A stretch of DNA of 64,000 nucleotides from Candidatus Omnitrophota bacterium (GTDB taxonomy: Bacteria; Ratteibacteria; UBA8468; B48-G9; JAFGKM01), in NCBI GenBank assembly GCA_023819375.1, contig JAMWDI010000004.1:130190-194189 (forward strand), given 5' to 3'. Below the pieces are notes generated by a model, which did no database searches, had not been told where the DNA came from, and worked only from the letters and a program-made list of their open reading frames with translations. Below, piece after piece: positions 8,486 through 17,035 of this stretch (within the stretch, counting starts at the first letter, position 1; the number at the start of each line of letters is the position of its first letter). A program made the position numbers and the translations under genes.

Positions 8486-9387
8486 TCAATATACCATACC
8501 TTTCTTTTTCTAAAAGGTTCCTTAAATTTGTTTTTTAATTTTCCTTCTTTTTCAAGATGTATCATACATGCTCTTATACACCCTCTTGCTCCTTCAATTG
8601 CTCTGGAATATATAATGACAGAACTTAGTTCTCCTATAAATGGATTGTATTTTTTATAAGGTGCCAATCCTTGAAATCCTTTTGTGCATGCGTCAACGTT
8701 TAGTTTTCCCCATTCTACTTCAGTTCCTATCGCTTTAAATCTAACTTTAACCGTTTCTTTTAAACTTATTGCTCCTGCTGAACATTCTTTTACACATAAC
8801 ATACATCTATCACAAATTGGTGGCCCTTCATAAATAGGATCTGGCTCAAGAGGAGCATCTGTTAAAATACATGCAAATCTCTGCCTTGGCCCAAATTCAG
8901 GTGTTAATAGTAGTTTACTATATCCAATCTCTCCAAGTCCTGCAAGGTATGCAGCAATCCTAAAATGAATAAATACATCAGGAGCAGGTTTTTCAGGAGA
9001 TACAGAACAAGACCAGTTTTCTTTGGGTTTTCCTGTTGCATAATCAATAGCGGGCCAGTTGTAATAATCATTAGGTATTGGTGTTGCTTCATATCCATAA
9101 TCTTCAATAAATCTCGCCAAATGATAAAGAATAAAAGGCATATAAATCATATTTATACTTCCATATCCCTGTGAAGAATAGGAGAGAAAATATGTTCCTT
9201 CCTCTATACCCCTTAAAGTTCCTCTTGGTATTCTTAAAGCAAGTACTATTAAAACTTTAGCATCTGGATTTATATATCTTGGGTCCATTTGCTTTGGTGC
9301 TCCTTCAAATCTGTTTACATCTGCAATTCCAACCAAATCTGCTCCTAATTTTTTTGCTACTTCTTTTACTTTTTTTGATGTTAACAT
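8473..9387 (-). CDS. QueG/reductive dehalogenase-like cobalamin and 4Fe-4S protein (paralog C)
   Basis: GADLVGIA, AAYLAGLGEIGYSKLLLTPEFGPRQRFACILTD, CDRCMLCVKECS, ARGCIRAC. Confidence 0.8.
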   Translation of the reverse strand: MLTSKKVKEVAKKLGADLVGIADVNRFEGAPKQMDPRYINPDAKVLIVLALRIPRGTLRGIEEGTYFLSYSSQGYGSINMIYMPFILYHLARFIEDYGYEATPIPNDYYNWPAIDYATGKPKENWSCSVSPEKPAPDVFIHFRIAAYLAGLGEIGYSKLLLTPEFGPRQRFACILTDAPLEPDPIYEGPPICDRCMLCVKECSAGAISLKETVKVRFKAIGTEVEWGKLNVDACTKGFQGLAPYKKYNPFIGELSSVIIYSRAIEGARGCIRACMIHLEKEGKLKNKFKEPFRKRKVWYIEWEK

Positions 9388-9403
9388 TTTTACCTCCTCC
9401 TTT

Positions 9404-10906
9404 TTATCTTTTAATTCTTATTTCATCTTCTCCATCTTTTGTTTCTACAACAAACTCAGCATCTCTTGGAATATCTTGAGGACTTCCTTTTACATAACAT
9501 AGTGGCTCTTTATTTAAATTTATTCCTTCTTTTATAAGTTTTTCTCTTAAAATTTCTGTATCAAGTTTTCTTGGCGAAATATTTTCTTTTATTGAAAGAG
9601 CAGACGCAGTTCCAGCAGCATGTCCCATAGTTATACATGTCATTATCAGTCGTGTTCCTGACTGTGCTTCAAAATCAGTTGAAATACATCTACCTGCAAC
9701 AAGAAGATTATCTATTTTTTTAGGAATAAGACATCTATAAGGAATTTCATAATACTGGCCTGGTTTTAAGTATGCTCTATATTTCCCTTTTGGATTATTT
9801 TTTACACAACATATTCTTCCATCTTCTCTTTCTTTATCTGTACAAAAAGCAGGTTCAATTGGTTGAGATAAATGAGTATGTTTTATATGAGGAAGATCAT
9901 CTATTGGATTATGTATATCAAAACCATGAGTGTCTCTTGCTATTGCATCTTTAAATTTTCTTGCAAGAGCTATATCTTTTCCTGTTAATTTATATTCACC
10001 AACTATCCTCCTTGACTCTCTAATCCCCAAAATTGATGCAGTATAACTTAAAAATGCCTTTTCAAATCCAATTACATTTTCTCTATAAAATTCAACAAGT
10101 TTCTGTATCTGGTCTCTCTGTTCAATTACTATTCTTGTTAAATCTTCTGCATCTGTTGTTCTACATTTTCTACTATGGGCAGTACACACATATACTTCTG
10201 TTTTTTCTTCTGGTCTATTTGGGAATGATCCTAAATATCCTTTTTCTACAAGTCGTGGCAATTTCCCTTCTTTTACTGCTTTTTCTATTTTCATCTGAAC
10301 AGTTGAGTAAAAGTCAGATGAAGAAAATGAATTTAAATCAACATTTGACATAACAAAATCAAGAGAAACTGCTTGATTATAACCATCCATCAAATCCCAT
10401 CCAGTCTCAACAGGAACTCCTGCAAAATATGAAATTTCTGCATCTCCTGTACAATCAATAACTCTTTTTGCTAAAATTGCACTTCTTCCTGAAATATTTT
10501 GAATTATTACTCCTTTTATTTCATTATTTTCAACTATTGAATCAATAACATAAGTCCAGTATAAAATTTTAACACCTGACTCAATTGCCATTTTTTCCAT
10601 GATATATTTTGTTATTTCAGGATCACAAATTCTATTTTCTCCAAGTCCTCTTTTTTCCTTTAACCTTTCAAGCAATTCTTTACCAATTCCTTCAGGATAA
10701 CCAGCCATATAACATACAAGACCTAAAGTTACAAGTCCACCAAGAGCACCATATTTTTCAACAAGCATTGTATTTGCTCCATTTCTACTTGCACTTATAG
10801 CAGCACCAAATCCAGCAGTTCCTCCACCAACTACAAGAACATCAACTTCATATTTAACTTTTACTTCTTCATTAAACTTTATTTTTCCTCCTTCTATCTT
10901 TACCAT
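9404..10906 (-). CDS. FAD-dependent oxidoreductase (FAD_oxidored/PF12831 type)
   Basis: DVLVVGGGTAG, LGGLVTLG, IDCTGDA, GIRESRRIVGEY, YEIPYRCLIP..NLLVAGRCIS. Confidence 0.9.
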   Translation of the reverse strand: MVKIEGGKIKFNEEVKVKYEVDVLVVGGGTAGFGAAISASRNGANTMLVEKYGALGGLVTLGLVCYMAGYPEGIGKELLERLKEKRGLGENRICDPEITKYIMEKMAIESGVKILYWTYVIDSIVENNEIKGVIIQNISGRSAILAKRVIDCTGDAEISYFAGVPVETGWDLMDGYNQAVSLDFVMSNVDLNSFSSSDFYSTVQMKIEKAVKEGKLPRLVEKGYLGSFPNRPEEKTEVYVCTAHSRKCRTTDAEDLTRIVIEQRDQIQKLVEFYRENVIGFEKAFLSYTASILGIRESRRIVGEYKLTGKDIALARKFKDAIARDTHGFDIHNPIDDLPHIKHTHLSQPIEPAFCTDKEREDGRICCVKNNPKGKYRAYLKPGQYYEIPYRCLIPKKIDNLLVAGRCISTDFEAQSGTRLIMTCITMGHAAGTASALSIKENISPRKLDTEILREKLIKEGINLNKEPLCYVKGSPQDIPRDAEFVVETKDGEDEIRIKR

Positions 10907-13125
10907 TTTTTCTTCTCCCCTTTATACTTACAATTTCTTATACATTCTTCACAAATATTTAAATGCCTTTTTTGAACCCCTAATTTTAAATTCATTAAAT
11001 TTTCAATTAGTTTTCTGGTTTTATTTTTTGTAGGAACTTTAAAATCTACATTTATACCCATATATTTTGGCCCTTCTTTACCTATAAGTCCATATCTTTT
11101 AGCCCAATCACAAGAAAATTCATCAATTACAGGTATTTCAAAAATTTTATTTTCTATTTCAATTTTCACATTTTTTCTTTTTATTGCAGAGGTTGGGCAG
11201 TTTTTTATACATTCATAACAATCTTCACAAAAATTTTCACCATTATAAAGAGGATCATTTTCAAACTCAAAATCAGTTATTATACTAAAAAATCTCTGTC
11301 TTTGCCCAAATTCTTTAGTTATAGGTACTCCATTTTTTCCAATATATCCAAGTCCTGAAAGCAAAACAGAATAAGAATTACTTCTATTATCTGGCAAAAA
11401 CCCTCTTGAACTTAAAATTTTTGATGAAAGACCAGTTAAATCATAAGAATAAATTCCTTTATATCCACAATCATTTAATTTTTTTATAATTTTATAGGCA
11501 ATGTCTGTTAAAAGATTTAATGATTCAAATTGACTGAAAGCATAAGGTCCAACTGTTTCTGCAGGTGTTATTTTTGCTGTATCAAGACAAGCATCGGGAT
11601 AATGAAGTCCTATAACAATTACTGATTTTGCATCTTTTAAATAATCTTTTGGTTCTTTTAAATTAATTTTTTCTCTTTTAATTATAGGACTTATAGGTGC
11701 ATAAATGTGAGATATATCATATACCATTTCAACTTCTTCAGGCAAATTAAATTTTTTTAAAAATTCTTTTTTAAACTTCTCAAATCTATTGATGTTGAAA
11801 AATCCAACTAAATCTGCACCACATTCTTTACAGAAATTCCTAAATTTTTCTTTTTCAATTTTTTCTTTTTCAATTTTCCTTTTAATTTTAATTTCTTTTA
11901 GTTTTGCACTTACAAGGATTGTTGAGAAAATTGTATCTTCTTCCCATATCCCAATTTTTTGAGCGGTAAGATTATCATCTATCTTTGTTCCAGTTATTCC
12001 AGAATATCCATTTATATCAAAATAATGTGCAATATCAAAAGAGGCGTATTGTATTAATCTATGTTTTATATAATTTTCAATTTCTGTGTCATAATCTTTA
12101 GGTTTTTTTATTCCTATTGAAATTACTGAAGAAACATCTGGCAAATGTAATTTGGGATTTATTGAAAAATCATTTTTAAAGAAATTCACATTCTTTATAC
12201 AAAGGAAATCAATCAAATATTTATCAAAAATTTTCTTAATTTCCTCAATTTTTATTTCCTTCTTTTCCTTTTTTCTTCTTGGTGCTCTACAATAATTTTT
12301 ATCATAATATCTTTTACTTGGAACCATACAGAATTTTAGGCAACATCCTTCTTCTCCTGCAAAAAGTCCATATTTTTCAAGATTTTCAATTATTACATTC
12401 TCATCTATTTTTTCAGGTATTTTTAAAAATAGATTAAGACAGAAATTTTCAGCCCATCCACATCTCCATTTATTTGTATCTGGGAACTTAAATATTCTAC
12501 CATCTATTTCTATTTCATTTATTTTTTTGACTTCCTTTCTAAATGAATCTGTTGGACAATTTTTAACACATTCCATACATCTATCACATAATTTTTCTCC
12601 TTCATACATTGGATCTGGAATAAGTTCTGCTGATGTAATGATTGTAACAAGGCGAACCCTTGGTCCAAATTCTGGATGCAAAAATAAGCCACTCCATCCA
12701 ATTTCACCAAGTCCACAAGCAACAGCAGCATACCTGTGAGCAATGTCTGGAGCAAAATGTATTTTTAAATCCTTATATCCTTTATATCTCCAAATATTGC
12801 TTGAAACAATAGGAAGTGTATCATAACCTTTGTTTTCAAGAAATTTTGCCATTAAAAATGAAATATCATCAAGTTTTGGATTCATAACTGAACTTTGACT
12901 TCCATAAGGACCTATATTATGAGGAGTGGGCTCTCCACCAAGTTCAACACTGGCATCAAGATGATGGATACCGCAAACAATAACACTCTTCGCACTTGGC
13001 AATAAATCTTCTGGACTCATTCTTTTTGGAGCATTTTTAAATCTCTCAATACTTCCAATCCCTACTATATCTGCACCAAGTTTTTTTGCATATTCTTTAA
13101 CTTCTTTTGTTAAATTTTCATTCAT
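10900..13125 (-). CDS. Internally repeated QueG/RdhA-like fusion protein (paralog D)
   Basis: Two full units (GLGEIGWSG..FGPRVR..CDRCMECVKNCP and GLGYIGKNG..FGQRQR..CEDCYECIKNCP..CEECIRNC) separated by a degenerate unit (PKLHLPDVSSVISIG). Confidence 0.8.
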   Translation of the reverse strand: MNENLTKEVKEYAKKLGADIVGIGSIERFKNAPKRMSPEDLLPSAKSVIVCGIHHLDASVELGGEPTPHNIGPYGSQSSVMNPKLDDISFLMAKFLENKGYDTLPIVSSNIWRYKGYKDLKIHFAPDIAHRYAAVACGLGEIGWSGLFLHPEFGPRVRLVTIITSAELIPDPMYEGEKLCDRCMECVKNCPTDSFRKEVKKINEIEIDGRIFKFPDTNKWRCGWAENFCLNLFLKIPEKIDENVIIENLEKYGLFAGEEGCCLKFCMVPSKRYYDKNYCRAPRRKKEKKEIKIEEIKKIFDKYLIDFLCIKNVNFFKNDFSINPKLHLPDVSSVISIGIKKPKDYDTEIENYIKHRLIQYASFDIAHYFDINGYSGITGTKIDDNLTAQKIGIWEEDTIFSTILVSAKLKEIKIKRKIEKEKIEKEKFRNFCKECGADLVGFFNINRFEKFKKEFLKKFNLPEEVEMVYDISHIYAPISPIIKREKINLKEPKDYLKDAKSVIVIGLHYPDACLDTAKITPAETVGPYAFSQFESLNLLTDIAYKIIKKLNDCGYKGIYSYDLTGLSSKILSSRGFLPDNRSNSYSVLLSGLGYIGKNGVPITKEFGQRQRFFSIITDFEFENDPLYNGENFCEDCYECIKNCPTSAIKRKNVKIEIENKIFEIPVIDEFSCDWAKRYGLIGKEGPKYMGINVDFKVPTKNKTRKLIENLMNLKLGVQKRHLNICEECIRNCKYKGEKKKW

Positions 13126-13874
13126 ATTTTATCTCCAAGTTTTAATGTAATTTCTTCACCTGCTTTTTTTAATTCATTTATAATTCTTTCTCTATTTCCT
13201 TTTCTAAACCTTACTGTTGGTAGATAAACACCAAGAGAGGCAATAATTTTTTTATCAGAACTGAAAATTGGAACTCCAATTGCTACTGTTCCTTCTTTTT
13301 CTATAATTTCAATTTTCCTTTTTCTTATTTTTTCAAATTCCTTTTTTAAATCTCTAAAATTTCTAATATTGTTCCAGGTTTCTTTGGGATATCCATTCTT
13401 TCTTATATACTCCTTAACCTCTTTTTCAGGTAAATATGAAAGCAGAATTCTTCCTGTTGCAGTTGAATAACAGGATGCTTTCTGGAACATATTCAAATTT
13501 ACATTTAAAAGATTATTTTCATAACTAACTTGTGCAATTGTATATCTTTCCCCCTTATAAAAAATACCAAGAACAACAGATTCTTTTATATTTTCTGCCA
13601 AATTTTTCATAACAGGTTCAGATATTTTAATTAGAAAATTTTTGCTTAAAAGAGGATAAAAAATATTTAATAATTTTTCAGAAATCCTATATTTTTTTGT
13701 ATTTTTGTCTTTCTCAAGGTATCCGAGAGAAAGTAATGTTGATAAAAGAGAGTGGGTTGTAGTAATTTTTAGATTTAAAAATTTTGAAATTTCTCCAACA
13801 CTTAAACCTTCATTTTCAGAATTTGAAATTATCTCTATTATTTTCATTATTTTTTCTACAACTTTTACTTTCAT
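13122..13874 (-). CDS. IclR-family transcriptional regulator
   Basis: N-terminal HTH (LSVGEISKFLNLKITTTHSLLSTL..GYLEKD..KKYRI), STATGRILLS, AIGVPIF. Start at ATG 13874; the longer track ORF overlaps tlpA. Confidence 0.9.
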   Translation of the reverse strand: MKVKVVEKIMKIIEIISNSENEGLSVGEISKFLNLKITTTHSLLSTLLSLGYLEKDKNTKKYRISEKLLNIFYPLLSKNFLIKISEPVMKNLAENIKESVVLGIFYKGERYTIAQVSYENNLLNVNLNMFQKASCYSTATGRILLSYLPEKEVKEYIRKNGYPKETWNNIRNFRDLKKEFEKIRKRKIEIIEKEGTVAIGVPIFSSDKKIIASLGVYLPTVRFRKGNRERIINELKKAGEEITLKLGDKI

Positions 13875-13876
13875 TT

Positions 13877-13927
13877 TACGATATTGTCGTATTATTACAA
13901 TATTATCATAAAAATTTTTCTTGTCAA
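13877..13927 (-). promoter_or_regulatory. Promoter and palindromic candidate IclR operator
   Basis: TTGACA (13927-13922), 16 bp, TAATAT; inverted repeat TACGA-TATTG-TCGTA at 13877-13891 directly before the ATG. Confidence 0.55.
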
Positions 13928-13998
13928 ATTTTTTTCTCTTTTGGGTTAAAATATAATATCCAGATGGAATAAGGTATAATTTAGTAAAAGGAGATAAA

Positions 13999-14490
13999 AT
14001 GAGAAATTTATTTTTTCTTTTTTTTCTTTTTACACTTATGGGGTGTGCATCTAAAGAAGCAAAAAAAGCACCCGAGGTAGTATTTAATACAATTGATGGG
14101 AAAGTAATCAAAATAACAGATTATAAAGGAAAGAAAATTGTTTTAAATTTCTGGTCTGTTAATTGTTCTGCCTGTATAAGGGAAATACCAGAAATTGTGG
14201 ATTTTTATAATGAAAATAAGGAAAAAGTTGGAGTTATTAGTGTTGTTATTTTAAGTTCTAAAAAAGATGTTGAAGATTTGATAAAAAAATATAAAATAAA
14301 TTTTCCAATCTGTTTAGGTGATGAAAAAATTGCTGATTTATTTGGTGGAATAATATTTTTACCTACTACTTTTATAATTGACGAAGATGGATATATAAGA
14401 TTAAAGATAAATGGAGCGATAGGAAAAGTTGAATTGGAAAAAATTTTAAAATCTCTTGATTATAATGAGAAGGCCAAAAAAACAGAGTAA
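13999..14490 (+). CDS. TlpA/ResA-family thioredoxin-like lipoprotein
   Basis: Lipobox LMGC, VLNFWSVNCSACIREIP (CxxC), LPTTFIID. Confidence 0.88.
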   Translation: MRNLFFLFFLFTLMGCASKEAKKAPEVVFNTIDGKVIKITDYKGKKIVLNFWSVNCSACIREIPEIVDFYNENKEKVGVISVVILSSKKDVEDLIKKYKINFPICLGDEKIADLFGGIIFLPTTFIIDEDGYIRLKINGAIGKVELEKILKSLDYNEKAKKTE

Positions 14491-15120
14491 AACACCAATT
14501 GAAATTTCAATTTTTTCGTAATAATTTTTCATTTTATTCAAAAGTGAAGTCAATCCTTTTATGAATATAGAAAGAATTATAAAAGGTATTCCCATCCCAA
14601 AAGAATAAGAGAATAAAAGCAAAATTCCCCTTTTGACAGTTTTTTCCATTGAAGCAAGTATTAAAATTGAAGAAAGGACAGGTCCGACACAAGGAGTCCA
14701 GGCACCTGCAAGTCCCATTCCAAGTATAAATGCATTTAAATATCCAATATTTATTTTTTTAAATCTAAATCTTCTTATTTCATAAAATTTTCTGATTTTT
14801 AAAATGCCAATGATATGTAAACCAAAAATTATCATTAAAATTCCACCTATATATCTTAAAAAATTTTTTCCAGTCCCAATGAAATTACCTAAAAATGAAG
14901 CAGTCGCTCCAAGTGAAACAAAAACAGTTGTAAAACCAAGAACAAAGAGAAAACTTGGAAATAAGATTTTACTGTAAGAAATTTTTTTGTTTTTGAATTC
15001 TTCAATTGAATAACCTGTAATATAGGATAAATAAACAGGAATTAAAGGTAAAACGCAGGGACTGAAAAATGAAAGTAATCCACTGAAGAAACAGAAAAAT
15101 ACAGAGTAATTTTTAATCAT
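14446..15120 (-). CDS. ccdA: CcdA-type membrane disulfide reductant
   Basis: GLLSFFSPCVLPLIP and WTPCVGPVL motifs; about six TM helices. Confidence 0.92.
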   Translation of the reverse strand: MIKNYSVFFCFFSGLLSFFSPCVLPLIPVYLSYITGYSIEEFKNKKISYSKILFPSFLFVLGFTTVFVSLGATASFLGNFIGTGKNFLRYIGGILMIIFGLHIIGILKIRKFYEIRRFRFKKINIGYLNAFILGMGLAGAWTPCVGPVLSSILILASMEKTVKRGILLLFSYSFGMGIPFIILSIFIKGLTSLLNKMKNYYEKIEISIGVLLCFFGLLIIIKRF

Positions 15121-15949
15121 TTTTAAGTAAAAATCTATTTAAAAAATGTGAAATACAAGATTGATCATTTGTATATTCAGAAACAAATTTTACAACTTTT
15201 TTCACTTTTTCTTTCGCATTTTTAGGAGCAACTGAAATTCCTGCAAAAAGAAGCATTTCAATATCATTTTCACCATCTCCAAATGCTATTATTTCATTTC
15301 TTTTTATTCCATAATATTTTGCAAGAACCTCAAGGCCTTTTCCCTTGTTAACTTCCTTTTTCATAAATTCAAGATATTCAGGGTTTGTTTTGACAATATT
15401 TAAAGAATTTCCAAAAATTTTTTTAAAATAATCATATTGATAATCCCTTGTTCTTGTTTCATCGGGATTTTCTGCATCTGTAATAAGTATTAATTTTGTT
15501 GGTTTTTTGTTTTTCATAATTTCAAGGTTTTCAATAAAATTATATTTTGCAGAGGTTTGTTTTGAATAAATTTCAGCATATTTTCTTAAAGATTCATCCT
15601 TTTGAGCATAAAGAATATCGTTGTAATAAAAGTTTAATAGAAATCTATTTTTAACGCAATAATCAATGATAAATCTTGAATATTTTAAAGGAACAGGTTT
15701 ATGATAGATTATTTTTCTTTTTTCCTTTTTACTCAATCTTACCATAGCCCCATTATAAACAATTAAAGGTGTATCTATTTCAAGAATTTCAGAATAGATT
15801 GAAACGCAATCTGTCATTCTTCCTGATGCAAGAGCAACAATTACTCCTTTTTGTGCAAATTTCTTTAAAGTTATTTTGTCTTCTTTACTTATTTTTCCTT
15901 TGCTATCTAATAAAGTTCCATCAAGGTCAATTGCAATTAATTTTATCAT
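15113..15949 (-). CDS. Cof-type HAD-IIB hydrolase
   Basis: IAIDLDGTLL, LASGR, YNGA, NKGKGL, AFGDGENDIEML. Confidence 0.92.
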   Translation of the reverse strand: MIKLIAIDLDGTLLDSKGKISKEDKITLKKFAQKGVIVALASGRMTDCVSIYSEILEIDTPLIVYNGAMVRLSKKEKRKIIYHKPVPLKYSRFIIDYCVKNRFLLNFYYNDILYAQKDESLRKYAEIYSKQTSAKYNFIENLEIMKNKKPTKLILITDAENPDETRTRDYQYDYFKKIFGNSLNIVKTNPEYLEFMKKEVNKGKGLEVLAKYYGIKRNEIIAFGDGENDIEMLLFAGISVAPKNAKEKVKKVVKFVSEYTNDQSCISHFLNRFLLKND

Positions 15950-15973
15950 TTGGGATAATTATACATTACAAAT

Positions 15974-16002
15974 TTGAAATTACAAAAAATGTATTGTATA
16001 TT
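15974..16002 (+). promoter_or_regulatory. sigma70 promoter of parA, leaderless
   Basis: TTGAAA (15974-15979), 17 bp, TATATT (15997-16002); ATG at 16010. Confidence 0.5.
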
Positions 16003-16009
16003 TAATCAG

Positions 16010-16786
16010 ATGGAGATGAAAATTATTGCTTTTTCTAATCAAAAGGGTGGTACTGGCAAAACAACAATTTGTGTTAATCTTGCAGCAGGTCTTGTTAAAT
16101 TGAATGAGAGGGTTTTGATAATTGATCTTGATCCTCAGGGAAATTCAACAGTAAGTGTAGGTATAAATTTAAAGCCTGATGATTTAACAGTAAGAGAATT
16201 CATTCTTGGAGAGGCAAGGATTGAGGATGTTATGGTTGATAGTTATATGGCAGATCTTTCAATAATACCTTCTAATCCTGATCTTGCCCACGTTGAAATT
16301 GAGATTGCAAATAAAAGTAAAAATCAATTTTATTTAAAAAGAGCAATTGAAAATTCAAAAGAAGTATTAAAATCTTTTGATTACATTTTTATAGATTGTC
16401 CTCCATCTCTTTCAATTCTTACAATAAATGGGTTGTGTGCATCAAATTATGTTTTAATACCTGTTCTTGTAGATTACCTTTCACTACAAGGGCTTTCTAA
16501 TTTGCTTGAAACAATAGAGCAAGTAAAGAAAAAATTGAATCCAGGACTTGAAATTCTTGGAATTATCCCAAATATGCTTGATTATAGATTGAAAATTACA
16601 GAAGAAAGTTTGGAATTGTTGAAAGAAAATTTTAATGAGAAGGTTTTTAAAAATGGTATTAAAATTTGCAGTAGATTAAGAGAATCTCCGTCTTTTGGTA
16701 AAGCCATATTTGATTATGCCAGAAATTCACAGGCAGCAGTTGATTTTTTAAATCTGGCAAAAGAATTTAAAAGGAGATTAAAATGA
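16010..16786 (+). CDS. parA: ParA/Soj-family ATPase
   Basis: NQKGGTGKTT deviant Walker A, IDLDPQGN, IDCPPSL, ESPSFGK. Start ATG 16010 or 16016. Confidence 0.9.
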   Translation: MEMKIIAFSNQKGGTGKTTICVNLAAGLVKLNERVLIIDLDPQGNSTVSVGINLKPDDLTVREFILGEARIEDVMVDSYMADLSIIPSNPDLAHVEIEIANKSKNQFYLKRAIENSKEVLKSFDYIFIDCPPSLSILTINGLCASNYVLIPVLVDYLSLQGLSNLLETIEQVKKKLNPGLEILGIIPNMLDYRLKITEESLELLKENFNEKVFKNGIKICSRLRESPSFGKAIFDYARNSQAAVDFLNLAKEFKRRLK

Positions 16787-16995
16787 AAAGATTGGGACCA
16801 CAGACGAAAAAATTATTTGAAATAAAAAAGAGTGAAGAAAAAGAAAGTAAAAAATTACAGCAAAAGACAAAAAAATATACTTTTATTCTTCCTGTAGATT
16901 TGATGAAAGAGGTTAAACATAAAGCAGTTGAAGAAGAAAAGACAATTTCCCAATTTGTTATTGATGCTCTGAAAAATTATCTGAAAATAACCTAA
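16783..16995 (+). CDS. Small ribbon-helix-helix protein (ParG/CopG-like ParA partner)
   Basis: ATGA overlap with parA; C-terminal KKYTFILPVDLMKEVKHKAVEEEKTISQFVIDALKNYL fits the RHH pattern; charged flexible N-terminus. Confidence 0.7.
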   Translation: MKRLGPQTKKLFEIKKSEEKESKKLQQKTKKYTFILPVDLMKEVKHKAVEEEKTISQFVIDALKNYLKIT

Positions 16996-16996
16996 C

Positions 16997-17026
16997 TTGA
17001 CAGATTTTTATTTTGAAGGGTAAAAT
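16997..17026 (+). promoter_or_regulatory. sigma70 promoter of the pil operon
   Basis: TTGACA (16997-17002), 18 bp, TAAAAT (17021-17026); ATG 9 nt later, no SD. Confidence 0.55.
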
Positions 17027-17035
17027 AAAGTTGCT

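Noticed and set aside
5535-13125. Calling the paralogs queG or respiratory rdhA
   Set aside because: Several copies under IclR control do not fit single-copy QueG, and there is no Tat leader or rdhB for a respiratory dehalogenase. Left without gene symbols.
13875-14111. 79-aa N-terminal extension of IclR in the ORF track
   Set aside because: It overlaps the divergent tlpA gene and the promoter region; the HTH begins right after ATG 13874.
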